A stretch of DNA of 64,000 bases, taken from assembly GCA_033763315.1 (NCBI GenBank), contig JANRKS010000032.1, forward strand, positions 160,001 to 224,000, in the 5' to 3' direction. The translations under genes were made by a program, and so were the position numbers. The notes beneath the pieces were generated by a model. It was given only the letters and a program-made list of their open reading frames with translations. It was not told the DNA's origin and made no database searches. The stretch's first letter is position 1. Every line of letters starts with the position of its first letter. This stretch comes from Deltaproteobacteria bacterium. GTDB taxonomy: Bacteria; Myxococcota_A; Polyangia; Fen-1088. Below, in pieces: positions 49,217 through 59,274 of this stretch.

Positions 49217-49828
49217 TCAACATTCTCCCGGTCCTATGCGGAACGTGGCCAGCATCTGACACAGCGTTCGATAGGGGAGCCCGGCCATTTCGGCAGCTTG
49301 CCGTTTCGTTTTGGATTTGGCCAAAAGGGCTTTCAAATAAGCCTCCCTAAACTGTGACTCCGCTACGAACAGGGGCTTACCAGCTGAACTGCTCGCATCG
49401 GCTCTCCCGAAATGAGCCTCTAGTTCTTTTTGGGCGATTGCCTGAAGGCGCCTGCCCAAGCACTTCCTTATCAGCGCATCAACGAACCCCTCCATCGCTA
49501 GAGAATCGTACGCGACGACGTTAGAGAAACCGACTGAGCGCAGAGCGAGTTCAACAGAAGGCGCCTGGCCGTTACATATGAGTGCAAGCTCTGGTTCGCC
49601 AAGAGCACACAGACTGCCGACCAAGCGGCCGAGTTGCGAAAGGTCTTGCTCATCACGCATGAACGCAACCACTGCCTCGACGGGTGATGATGCCATTGAA
49701 GGCGGCAAGTCGCTGAAGTGTGCGTGACTTACGAAATGCCCCTTCATTTTTAGCGACCACAGGCGTTCTAGATCTTCCGATGCATTCGAGACCAGCAGGA
49801 CGGTTCCGAGGTCGATTCGCCTCCTCAT
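49217..49828 (-). CDS. hypothetical regulator: degenerate receiver-like domain plus Fis-type HTH
   Basis: C-terminal FREAYLKALL...KRQAAEMAGLPYRTL; start uncertain. Confidence 0.6.
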   Translation of the reverse strand: MRRRIDLGTVLLVSNASEDLERLWSLKMKGHFVSHAHFSDLPPSMASSPVEAVVAFMRDEQDLSQLGRLVGSLCALGEPELALICNGQAPSVELALRSVGFSNVVAYDSLAMEGFVDALIRKCLGRRLQAIAQKELEAHFGRADASSSAGKPLFVAESQFREAYLKALLAKSKTKRQAAEMAGLPYRTLCQMLATFRIGPGEC

Positions 49829-50246
49829 GTGAGAGCGTTCATCCTCGCACCCCGTGCCCCATGAATTGACTCGATGCGCCATAGTCGTCCGTTGGCCACC
49901 GTAGCCTATCGCGCCAGTGTTCATGGTCAAGTCACATCTTGGTTCAGTGAGGCTATTCCTAGGTCCATTTGAACTAAATACGGCGGTCTGGGGTCTGCGT
50001 CGTGGTCCGAATGTGCTCACGATCGAACTCCAGCCCTTAGACTGCTCTCGTCCCCTCGCAGCCGAGCCTCAACGGCGAGAGGTTGGCTTGAATAAGCACA
50101 CGCCACTGTCCGCGCCCTCGCCATGCCGGAGCCACCTAGCCGTGTCCTTGCGTGCATCACGGAGCTGCGGCCAAGACATTCAACAAACTGAACGCAGATT
50201 GGTCACCAGGCGGAACCAAAAGGCGAGAGCCGCCGTACGCCAGCTG

Positions 50247-53200
50247 TCACGGGATTAAGACATCCACGTTCAACGGGCCCTGGGCATACACGCAGATCAG
50301 ATCAAGCTTGTTGTCGTTGTTGTTCCACAAATCTCGCGCGCGATATCGCACCTGAGTCAGGGAGCGGCTTTGTTGAAAGTCCGCCGCAACTGCTGATGTG
50401 ATGTCCAAGGTGGTCATGAAACCGGTTCCGCTTGTGCTGACAATCAAGTAGTGGTTTGGTGAGGCCCCCAAGGTTGACAGCGCAGAGGCGTTGAAGGCGC
50501 TCGAATCAAGAGAATCGAATCGAACGTGCTCCAAGATGAGAGGACCCAAGGAGTAGAACGACCCGTCCATTCCGTCCCCAAGCTTTACCCCAATCCGTGC
50601 TGCCACTACGGCCTTGGTGTTCGCTGGGATCGCAGAAAGGCTAAATGAAAGAAACCCTCGCGAGGATTGGCCATTTATTGAATCACCCATACACAGAAAG
50701 CCCTCATAGTCTGAATTGGTGCTGGGCGCGTAATTGCCTGGTCCGAGGTACCAAACGTAATTGGTGAGTCCAGCATTGACCGAGAGTGTCAGCGTCGTCT
50801 GCCTTAAGCACTCGCCGTTCCAACACACGCGACCACCCGTGCAATCGCCCGACACCGAACACGTTGAGCGGCAACTGACGGTGTTTTGACAGGTGAGGTT
50901 GCCGCTGCAGGCTTGCCCCGTCGGCGAGGTGCATGCCCCAGCGCCGTTGCATGTGGACGCTGGAGTCAATACAGCGTTTGCACAGGTAATGCCCGCGCAC
51001 GATCCATCGTTCATGCCGCTCGCCACGGGCGTGCAAGTACCGCTACCACACGCCTCGCAAGCCCCGCTGCACGCGCTGTTGCAACACACACCATCGGGGC
51101 AGAATCCTGACGCGCACTCCGCCGGTCCCCCGCATGCGACGCCCTGCTTCTTCCTGCATTGGCCACTTACGCAGGTTTTGTTGCTATCGCTGCAGGGGTT
51201 TTGTGCGCTGCAGCTGCTGAGGCAAGCGCCGCCGCTGCATGAGAATTCTCCACAGCTGACCGGAGATGGCATGGAACACACTCTGGCGCCGTTGCATGTT
51301 GAGGCAGGCGTGGCGTTGTTGCCCGAGCAGGAGGCGCCTGCACACGAGCCGTCGTTCACTCCGTTCGGAATGGGAGCACAAACGCCGTTGGCGGCTCCCG
51401 TGTCTGTGTTGCGACACGACTCGCATGCGCCGGTGCATGCGCTGTTGCAACAGAATCCGTCCGCACATTTATCTGATCCGCAATCGCCGTTTCCGCCGCA
51501 GGCTTGGCCATTGGGGGCCCCACACTGCTTTGTCCGCGAGTTGCATTTGGTGCCACCGCGGCAGTCAGCGTCTGTCGCGCAGCTGCCCTTACAGGCCGAG
51601 CCGCTACACACAAGGCTTCCCGAGCAAGTGATGGCTGCTGGTGCCTTGCACGTTCCCGCGCCATCACATGTCGACGATCCGATCTCCTGAGACGAATCAG
51701 TCGAGCATTTTGCACCTTCGCAAATAACGCCCGCGGCGTGAACCGCGCACTGGCCGCTGCCGTTGCATGTGCCCGTAGTCTTGCATGTGCTGCTGGCAGT
51801 CGCGTCACACTGATTCAGTGGATCCTGGCCGCCCGGAATGTTCTCGCATGTACCCTCTTTTCCACTCACAGCGCATGACTTGCAAGTTCCAGTGCAAGCG
51901 CTCGCGCAACACACGCCCTGCTCGCAGAACCCCGAAAGGCATTGCGACTTATTGCCGCAGGCTTGCCCGTCGCGCCGCTTCCCGCACAGGCCGTTGATGC
52001 AGGTGTTCGGCGCCACGCATTGGTCGTCGCGGGAGCACGTTGTGCCGCATGCATTTGCGCCGCATGTAAATGGGGCGCAACCGGCAGGTTGCTTCGTGAC
52101 CGCGCACGTGCCAAGGCCATCACATTGCTTTGCGAACGATTCTGTGTTCGAGGCTGCATCGCAACTTCGGCCCTGGCATTCAGTTCCCTGTGGCCACTTT
52201 TGGCAGCCCTTTTGGCCATCACACTTGCCGTTGTTGCCGCATGTGCTTGAGGCACTTGAGCCACACTTGCCACGCGGATCGTCCACATTCGCCGCAACAT
52301 CCGTGCAAGTGCCTTTGGCCGTTGCCAGGGCGCAGAATTGACAAGTGCTATTGCAAGACGAGTTGCAACACACGCCATCCACGCATTGACCCGAAGTGCA
52401 TTGAGATGCCGTGTTGCAGACCGCGTCGTTGGGCAAAAGTCCACAGCTTCCATTTACGCAACTGGTGCCGCCGGCACATTCATCGTTGGAAGTGCACTTT
52501 GTAAGGCAGGCGTTGCCTGCGCATACAAACGGCGCACACGCCACGGGCCTTCCCGCAACGCACGAGCCGCTGCCATCGCATTCACTGGGTGGGACGCCAT
52601 CGCTGCCGCTACATTTGGCGGGCGAACAGACAGAACCTTTGGCGAACAGAGAGCACCCACCGTTGCCATCGCACTTGCCCGTTTGTCCGCAGACCCCCAC
52701 GTCGCTGGCTTTACAAACCTTGCGGTCGTCATTGGCGCCGGCTGCGAGATTCTTGCACTCGCCCATGAAACCCACCAAGTTGCATGAACGGCAAGCGCCT
52801 TCGCAGGCCGTGCTACAACAAACGCCATCGGCACAGTTTCCTGATTCGCACTCAGGGCCCTTGGCGCAAACCGCGCCGAGTGGCTTTTTGCCGCAACTTT
52901 TCTTGTTCGTGTCTGGATCAAGCGCGCAGGCTTTGCCCGACTCACACATCGTGCTGTCTTCGCACTCGGCGTAGCAAGTCACGGAGGCTACATTGCAAGC
53001 AAAAGGCGCACACACGAGATCGTTGCTCGCGTCACAGGCGCCCGCTTTACAAACCTTGCGCCCGCGCGTGCCTGCGCCTTCGCACTGGCCCGGGGCACAT
53101 ACAGAGCCATCGGGCCACTTGCGACACGCGCCTTCGCCATTGCACTTGCCGTCAAAGCCACACGTAGAGGCCGCCTCCGTTTGGCACATCTTGCCTGCCG

Positions 53201-53831
53201 CAGGTGGATCACCATTAGCGACGGGTGAGCATTGGCCGCTGCTGCCCTGGAGGTTACACGCCTCACAAGAGCCTTTGCATGCACTGTTGCAGCACACGCC
53301 GTCGGCGCAGAACCCACTCATGCATTCGGCGCCCGTTGAACAGGCAACCGCGTTTTCCTTCGAGCCTCGCTCGACAGGAATTTCGATGCCGCCGTCACCA
53401 TCAGGGGGCACACCCGCTTCTTGACCGGGAATAGGCGGGACGACGATGCCACCCTTTGCCGTAAGTGGAAATGTAACCGCTGTGCATCCTGAAATAAGTG
53501 GCACGGATGGCAGTACGTTTGGATCGCCCAAGGCCGAGCCCATCTTTGTCGGCGTTGCAGTCACCCTGAACGTTTGCCCTTCTGCGTAGCTGGGCATGGC
53601 AACTTCGTAAGTGAGCTGCCCGGGGCAACGGAGGTTGCTGCTTGAAAAGCTTGCCTCCTGCCCGTCATTTCGCAACAACTGAAAGCCCAGCGCGTCGGCC
53701 TCGCTCAGATCGCTTTCACACGTGAATTTCAGAAACAGTGTGTTCGCATTGCATGGAAGCACCTGCTTGTCTTTGCTGCACGCCGCGAGTGCCACAAGCA
53801 AAGACAGCATCACCAATACGTTTCGTTTCAT
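50247..53831 (-). CDS. giant Cys-rich repeat lipoprotein
   Basis: LAAC lipobox; six C-x5-C-xS-xx-C-xx-G-x-CC-xxx-C-xxx-C-xx-C repeat cores; Cys-poor C-terminal domain. Confidence 0.88.
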   Translation of the reverse strand: MKRNVLVMLSLLVALAACSKDKQVLPCNANTLFLKFTCESDLSEADALGFQLLRNDGQEASFSSSNLRCPGQLTYEVAMPSYAEGQTFRVTATPTKMGSALGDPNVLPSVPLISGCTAVTFPLTAKGGIVVPPIPGQEAGVPPDGDGGIEIPVERGSKENAVACSTGAECMSGFCADGVCCNSACKGSCEACNLQGSSGQCSPVANGDPPAAGKMCQTEAASTCGFDGKCNGEGACRKWPDGSVCAPGQCEGAGTRGRKVCKAGACDASNDLVCAPFACNVASVTCYAECEDSTMCESGKACALDPDTNKKSCGKKPLGAVCAKGPECESGNCADGVCCSTACEGACRSCNLVGFMGECKNLAAGANDDRKVCKASDVGVCGQTGKCDGNGGCSLFAKGSVCSPAKCSGSDGVPPSECDGSGSCVAGRPVACAPFVCAGNACLTKCTSNDECAGGTSCVNGSCGLLPNDAVCNTASQCTSGQCVDGVCCNSSCNSTCQFCALATAKGTCTDVAANVDDPRGKCGSSASSTCGNNGKCDGQKGCQKWPQGTECQGRSCDAASNTESFAKQCDGLGTCAVTKQPAGCAPFTCGANACGTTCSRDDQCVAPNTCINGLCGKRRDGQACGNKSQCLSGFCEQGVCCASACTGTCKSCAVSGKEGTCENIPGGQDPLNQCDATASSTCKTTGTCNGSGQCAVHAAGVICEGAKCSTDSSQEIGSSTCDGAGTCKAPAAITCSGSLVCSGSACKGSCATDADCRGGTKCNSRTKQCGAPNGQACGGNGDCGSDKCADGFCCNSACTGACESCRNTDTGAANGVCAPIPNGVNDGSCAGASCSGNNATPASTCNGARVCSMPSPVSCGEFSCSGGACLSSCSAQNPCSDSNKTCVSGQCRKKQGVACGGPAECASGFCPDGVCCNSACSGACEACGSGTCTPVASGMNDGSCAGITCANAVLTPASTCNGAGACTSPTGQACSGNLTCQNTVSCRSTCSVSGDCTGGRVCWNGECLRQTTLTLSVNAGLTNYVWYLGPGNYAPSTNSDYEGFLCMGDSINGQSSRGFLSFSLSAIPANTKAVVAARIGVKLGDGMDGSFYSLGPLILEHVRFDSLDSSAFNASALSTLGASPNHYLIVSTSGTGFMTTLDITSAVAADFQQSRSLTQVRYRARDLWNNNDNKLDLICVYAQGPLNVDVLIP

Positions 53832-54649
53832 TGTCCGAACGTCCCTCGCTCATCAACCTGCGGGCCAGTGGTTCCGCCGCCACCACTGGATAAAGCAATC
53901 GCCACGACACCGCCGGCCACCACGGCGCCCACGGCAATCCATAGCCAGGGCTTCTTGTAGAGCGGACGTTCGTCCTGCGTTTGGGGTGCTGCAGCGTCCA
54001 TCACCGTTCCCTCTGGGGCTTGTTCGGGTGCCGGATTCAAGTTGGGAGCGGGCGAAGCCGCGGCAACGGCTTTCTCTTGCCGCTCTTCGAGGCGGATCAA
54101 CACGCGTTGATATTGCCCACCGCTGATCGCGACCGAACGGTATCCGCGTTTAAAGCCTTCCTTTGTCACTTCCACATCAACGGTGCCTGCGTTCACAGGG
54201 ACAGGCCCTACGAGCGGATAGACGCCAACGATATTCCCGTTGACCGAAACCGTGGCGCCATCGGGGCCACCATACACTTCGATGCGTCCCACGTTTTGCT
54301 TCACCACCTCGAGTGACTCTTTCAACGTGGCGCGGTTCTTCGCCACCCACGGATCCGTCTTTGCCTTCAGCGCTTCAGCCAGCTTCGCGTCGGCTTCGCT
54401 CCAACGCCCGACTGCTTGCAAACAAAGGCCCCACTGTGCTGCCGCCCGTGGTGTGGGATCCAGTCGATAAGCCTCTTCAAACTTCGCAAGCGCTTCGAGA
54501 TCTTGCCCCGCCCGGCGTAGCTCAAGACCTTCGGCAATCAGTTGTTGGCCGCGCGCAGGTTCAGCGCGCACCTGGGGAAGGGCGGTGACCATGAGCAGCG
54601 CAAGCGCCAGGTTTCGCGCGAATCCATTCCTTGCCGCCCACCGGATCAT
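53828..54649 (-). CDS. TPR + PEGA-domain protein with C-terminal hydrophobic helix
   Basis: ALAKFEEAY TPR; GATVSVNG...G.VDVEVTKEGF PEGA; KKPWLWIAVG; ATGA overlap with the next gene; GGAGA SD. Confidence 0.85.
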   Translation of the reverse strand: MIRWAARNGFARNLALALLMVTALPQVRAEPARGQQLIAEGLELRRAGQDLEALAKFEEAYRLDPTPRAAAQWGLCLQAVGRWSEADAKLAEALKAKTDPWVAKNRATLKESLEVVKQNVGRIEVYGGPDGATVSVNGNIVGVYPLVGPVPVNAGTVDVEVTKEGFKRGYRSVAISGGQYQRVLIRLEERQEKAVAAASPAPNLNPAPEQAPEGTVMDAAAPQTQDERPLYKKPWLWIAVGAVVAGGVVAIALSSGGGGTTGPQVDERGTFGQ

Positions 54650-54900
54650 ATTTTGTCTCCAAGCCAAGACCGCTATGACGCCGCGCCGTCATCAATGAGG
54701 CGCGATAATGGGTCACAGTTTGACTCTGCGGAAACAAGTCTTTGTGTCAGTTATGCAACAGTCCAAAGGGACCCTCGCCCGGCCATCCTCGCGTCGACCG
54801 ACCGCCCGGACCAAGTCACATCGGCTCTTGACCCGGGACCGGGATTTCAAGCCGATAGCGGACGTTGTCGCGTTGGATCTCGACCTTCGCTAGCAGCCTC

Positions 54901-56304
54901 TCAATCCACCTGCACCGTCTTGCACCCCACGATCAAATCCACGCGCCCGCGGGGATCAGCGCGAAAGCGATCGCAGGTAGCGGGGCACACTTTGACGGAC
55001 GTGGGCGTGCCCTGCGTGGGCAGCACGTCGTAGTACCAACCGCCTTCGGTGGCGCTGCAGGCACTGGCAGAGGCCACGTTGCCAACCGTGCTGGCGGCGG
55101 CGGTGGAGCTGACGAAGCGCAGGTTGATTTGCGCGTAATCAAGCGCGCCTCGTTGCGCATCGGGAATGCGATACTCGCACGCGAGTGCCGTGGCACGGAT
55201 GTCGTTTAAGGCGGCCAGGAAATCGCCGGACACGTTGCCTGACGTGGCCACCACAAACGCCTTCGGTGTTCCCCCTGCGGCGGAGATGCGGTTTAGGTTG
55301 CTCTGCGCGGTGGCAGCTTCGTCTTGCGCAAACACGCCCACCACGAATGTGGGAATGGAAGGGCTGCCCATGCGCCCTCCCGTGGCCACCTGTGCGATGT
55401 CGTCCAAGCTTTGTGGGTTGCAGGTGGTGGGAAAACCATCGGTGGCCAACACCACGGCCACGCGCCTGCCGGGGTGAGACATCGCTTGATCGCGCGCGCG
55501 GCTGATCGCTCCTTGCAAGGCAGGTCCCGTGGGTGTGCCGCCTTCGGGCGCTTTGGTTTCCAAAAGCCCCAACAGTGTGGCCGCGCCCTCGGGCAAGGCC
55601 GTGACGGCCGATGCCCCCATCGCGTACCGCACAGGATCGCAGAGCTCGCGCAAGGCGCAGCGACCTGCAAGGGTGTTGCACAGGTCACCGGCTTTGTCAG
55701 AGCAGCGGCCGCCCAGGCCCAGGCAATAAAGCTTTGATACGCCACACAACCCGATGGGTTGGCAGGGGCCCGCGGCGCCGCAATCTGCATCCGTTTGGCA
55801 CGCCGGCAAGCTCTTGCCTGCGTTCGCGCACCCCTTCAGGAATTCACACGGGCCATACGCTCCACACTGAGCGCTCGCGTTGCATTCAGCCGGCACGCCC
55901 GTTTGTGCCATGGGGAAGAAGTGAACGGCAGCGCCCAGGCCAAGCGAATCAGCCGAGCGCGCGAAATCGGCGAACGCCGCGCGCACCGCATTCCACTTCG
56001 TCACGCCGCCCGCGGTGAGATCGGCCATCGACCCCGATGTATCGAACATGAAGATCAAATCCAGCGGCACGCGTTCAGGTCGAATGGTGCTTGTGGCGCA
56101 GGAGTTCGCGAAGGGATCGATCACCACGCGGCCATTCGGATCATTGAAGTTGGGCAGGTCGCTTGCGTCGGGCGAACCCGTGTTCGTGAACAACGGCGGT
56201 GCTTTTAGTTCGTCGCTTCCACAACCGCCGAACGCAACAACCAGGATTGCCAGCGCTTTGGTGGTGGTGCCAATCGATGAACGATGCGCGTGCCCGCAGG
56301 CCAT
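54901..56304 (-). CDS. VWA-domain lipoprotein with Cys-rich insertion (CglB-like architecture)
   Basis: AFGGC lipobox; DTSGS MIDAS; GGTPTGPAL; LATDGFP; GWYYD...CPATC. Confidence 0.85.
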   Translation of the reverse strand: MACGHAHRSSIGTTTKALAILVVAFGGCGSDELKAPPLFTNTGSPDASDLPNFNDPNGRVVIDPFANSCATSTIRPERVPLDLIFMFDTSGSMADLTAGGVTKWNAVRAAFADFARSADSLGLGAAVHFFPMAQTGVPAECNASAQCGAYGPCEFLKGCANAGKSLPACQTDADCGAAGPCQPIGLCGVSKLYCLGLGGRCSDKAGDLCNTLAGRCALRELCDPVRYAMGASAVTALPEGAATLLGLLETKAPEGGTPTGPALQGAISRARDQAMSHPGRRVAVVLATDGFPTTCNPQSLDDIAQVATGGRMGSPSIPTFVVGVFAQDEAATAQSNLNRISAAGGTPKAFVVATSGNVSGDFLAALNDIRATALACEYRIPDAQRGALDYAQINLRFVSSTAAASTVGNVASASACSATEGGWYYDVLPTQGTPTSVKVCPATCDRFRADPRGRVDLIVGCKTVQVD

Positions 56305-56468
56305 TTAACAAGTGTAACGCCGGCATGCAGATCGCGATATGTACGCCCTGGCCTTACGTGCGCCTTCGTTGCTTGGTTGCCATCAAATCGAGCGGCAACT
56401 GCGCTTTTTCTCTGCCCGCCTTAGGCGCACGGTTGCCAGAGACGCTGGATAGTCGCACACTAGACTAC

Positions 56469-56909
56469 GTGAAGGACAACGACTCCGCCCTGCGCGATCG
56501 CGACTCGATTGCCCGTGCCTTATCCCCCCACAGTGAGGTGGAGGCAGCCCTGCTGTTCGGGTCGAGGGCTTGCGGGTCCAATACAGCCGAGAGCGACTTC
56601 GACGTAGCGGTTCTCCTCAAGCGTTCGCCTAACGCACTTGAACGCAAGGACGTCATTCGCAATCTCATCGCAGCGCTTGCGCGCGAATTCAATGCGCAAC
56701 GCTTGGATGTGGTCATTCTCAACGATGCCCCTAATCTATTGGCATTCCACGTTCTGAAACACGGTCTTGTTGCTTTTGAGCGAAGCCCAGAGCCATTGCA
56801 CCGCTTCGCCGTCCGCACTTATTCAACCCATGCGGATTTTGAACCTACCGAACGCTTCTTTCGGAACGTGACCAAGCAACGTTTGCAATCAGGGAGCGCG
56901 CATGGTTGA
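56469..56909 (+). CDS. mntA: MNT/MntA nucleotidyltransferase antitoxin
   Basis: LFGSRA.G....SDFDVAV (GSx10DxD), DVVILN.AP; overlaps the HEPN gene; GTG start inferred. Confidence 0.88.
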   Translation: MKDNDSALRDRDSIARALSPHSEVEAALLFGSRACGSNTAESDFDVAVLLKRSPNALERKDVIRNLIAALAREFNAQRLDVVILNDAPNLLAFHVLKHGLVAFERSPEPLHRFAVRTYSTHADFEPTERFFRNVTKQRLQSGSAHG

Positions 56910-57315
56910 CGCCAATATTTTGCGGCGTCGTCTGGACGCGCTACTGCAATACCTCGATAGGCTTTCAGCTTTTCGTAAGGTGAGCCGAGAGGAGTTCAGA
57001 GCTACACCTGATGTACATCATCTGGCGGAGCGCTATCTGCACCTGGCGGTGGAAGCGGCTCTCGACATCGCGAACCACGTTATCGCTGATCGCAGATGGG
57101 AAGCCCCAGCCTCTTATCGCGATGCCTTTTCTATCTTGAGCCGGCATGGCTTTCTCGATGAACCATTGGCGTCTCGACTACAACAGTGGGCTGGGTTTCG
57201 GAACATCCTGGTCCATGCGTACCTTGATATTGATCACGGCATCGCCTGGGATACGATCTAAACTGACCTTGGCGATTTGCAGGCGTTAGCCGAGCGGGCC
57301 GCGACCCTTCTGTAG
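56902..57315 (+). pseudogene. hepT: HEPN/DUF86 (HepT) toxin interrupted by an in-frame TAA at 57259-57261
   Basis: ERYLHLAVEAALDIA, GFRNILVHAY (Rx4HxY); after the TAA the frame continues TDLGDLQALAERAATLL to TAG 57315. Confidence 0.75.
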
Positions 57316-57355
57316 GCCTCACACCAATCACACTTGGCGGCGATGGACCTAGGAC

Positions 57356-59203
57356 CTAACTCGCTGCCGCTGTGACCGCGGCGTCAACCTTGAGCCGGTC
57401 AAACAGCGACTTGAGCTCTGCTTCCACGAGCGTCTCTTGCGCCAACAACGTTGTTGCGCCTTCGTTGAGCAAGTCGCGGTTGTCTTTGAGGATCTTGCAC
57501 GCGCGTTCAAACGAATCGGCAACGATGGCTTGCACCGCCATATCAATCCGGTTGGCCGTGTGATCGCTATAAGCAGGGCGGCCCGGCAAGGGTGCGCCCG
57601 GTGTGCCCAAGAAATTGGGGCCATCGGTTTCATAGGCGACGTTGCCCAGATCCGGCACCATCGCGTACCGCGTGACCATGTTGCGGGCGATGTTCGCCAC
57701 CTTCGACAGATCGTCGGCCGCACCCGTTGAAAGATGGGCAAACACTTCAAGCTCAGCGGCGCGGCCACCCAGCAGCACGGCCATCTTGTTTTCCAACTCT
57801 TTGCGGGTCATCAAGTAGCGATCTTCAAGCGGGCGTTGAATCGTGTAACCCAAGGCGCCGACGCCGCGAGGGATGATCGAGATCTTTTGCACCGGATCGC
57901 TGCCCGGCAAAGCGGCTGCCACAAGCGCGTGACCCATTTCGTGAAAGGCCACCACACGCCGCTCATGCGGGTTCAAGATCCGGTTGCGCTTCTCAAGCCC
58001 AGCGATGATGCGTTCAATCGCTTGCTCGAAATCGTGCAAGGTCACGTGGCTGCCATTGCGGCGCGTGGCACACAAAGCGGCTTCGTTGACCAAGTTCGCG
58101 AGATCGGCGCCTGTGAACCCAGGCGTAAGAGCTGCAACCGAATCCATATCGAGGCCGGGCTCCAACTTCACCTTTTGGCTGTGCACATCCAAAATCGCTT
58201 TGCGGCCAATCTTGTCAGGGCGATCCACCAAAACTTGCCGATCAAAACGTCCCGCGCGCAACAGGGCCGCGTCTAAAATTTCGGGCCGGTTGGTGGCGCC
58301 GATCAGCACGATGCCTGAAGACGAATCAAACCCATCAAGCTCAACCAACAGTTGGTTCAGCGTCTGTTCTTTTTCGTCGTGCCCGCCCATGCCCGGATAC
58401 GCGTTGCGCGCGCGACCCATGGCATCCAACTCGTCGATGAAGATGATCGCGGGCGCTTTCTGCCGCGCTTGCTCAAACAGATCGCGCACGCGGGCGGCGC
58501 CCACGCCCACGAACATTTCAACGAATTCCGAGCCCGAAATCGAGAAAAACGGTACGCCCGCTTCACCGGCCACGGCCTTGGCCAGCAGCGTTTTGCCTGT
58601 ACCCGGCGGCCCAATCAGCAGCAGGCCTTTCGGCATGCGCGCGCCCAGACGGCCGTAAGATTTAGGATCGCGGAGGAATGAAACCACTTCTTGCAGTTCC
58701 GCCTTGGATTCGTCGACGCCGGCCACGTCTTTGAACGTGACCTTCACATCGGTCTCCACATAGACCTTGGCTTTGCTCTTGCCGATCGACATCATGCCGC
58801 CGCCGCCGCCGCCCATGCGGTTGGCCACGCGTTTCGCCACGAAGGCCCACGCGCCAATGACGAGCGCCAATGGCAGCAACCAACCAAGCAAGTTGGGCAG
58901 CAAATTGCTTTCCGTGCGGCCCGAGAATTTCACGCCCGAAGGTTCGAGGCTTTGCGCCAAGTTCGGATCAACGCGCGTGGTGATGAAGCGCTTTTTCCCG
59001 GCTTCGGCGTCTTTGAGTTCGCCCTGGATCTGATCGGTGCCAACCGAGATCTCTTTGACCTTGCCTTCCTTGACCCAGGTCATGAACTCGCTGTACGGCA
59101 CGTGTGCGACCGTTTGCGATTTCACCCAGACGTCGTGGATGGCCAAGATCGCCAAAGCGGCGATCACAAAGAACAAGATATCAAACTTACGTAGGCTGCC
59201 CAT
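57356..59203 (-). CDS. ftsH: ATP-dependent zinc metalloprotease FtsH
   Basis: Two TMs; GPPGTGKT; IFIDELD; [19 protein letters not shown]; HEMGH. Confidence 0.97.
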   Translation of the reverse strand: MGSLRKFDILFFVIAALAILAIHDVWVKSQTVAHVPYSEFMTWVKEGKVKEISVGTDQIQGELKDAEAGKKRFITTRVDPNLAQSLEPSGVKFSGRTESNLLPNLLGWLLPLALVIGAWAFVAKRVANRMGGGGGGMMSIGKSKAKVYVETDVKVTFKDVAGVDESKAELQEVVSFLRDPKSYGRLGARMPKGLLLIGPPGTGKTLLAKAVAGEAGVPFFSISGSEFVEMFVGVGAARVRDLFEQARQKAPAIIFIDELDAMGRARNAYPGMGGHDEKEQTLNQLLVELDGFDSSSGIVLIGATNRPEILDAALLRAGRFDRQVLVDRPDKIGRKAILDVHSQKVKLEPGLDMDSVAALTPGFTGADLANLVNEAALCATRRNGSHVTLHDFEQAIERIIAGLEKRNRILNPHERRVVAFHEMGHALVAAALPGSDPVQKISIIPRGVGALGYTIQRPLEDRYLMTRKELENKMAVLLGGRAAELEVFAHLSTGAADDLSKVANIARNMVTRYAMVPDLGNVAYETDGPNFLGTPGAPLPGRPAYSDHTANRIDMAVQAIVADSFERACKILKDNRDLLNEGATTLLAQETLVEAELKSLFDRLKVDAAVTAAAS

Positions 59204-59274
59204 GGCGCACTAGGAGCGTAGCAGCCGCGCGGGCGCCGGCCGAAATCGCCTGATCCACGTTGTGATGGACGGTG

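Noticed and set aside
50800-53350. Repeats as a CRISPR array or DGR template/variable repeats
   Set aside because: Degenerate protein-level Cys repeats inside a CDS; no identical DNA repeats with spacers, no cas or reverse transcriptase genes.
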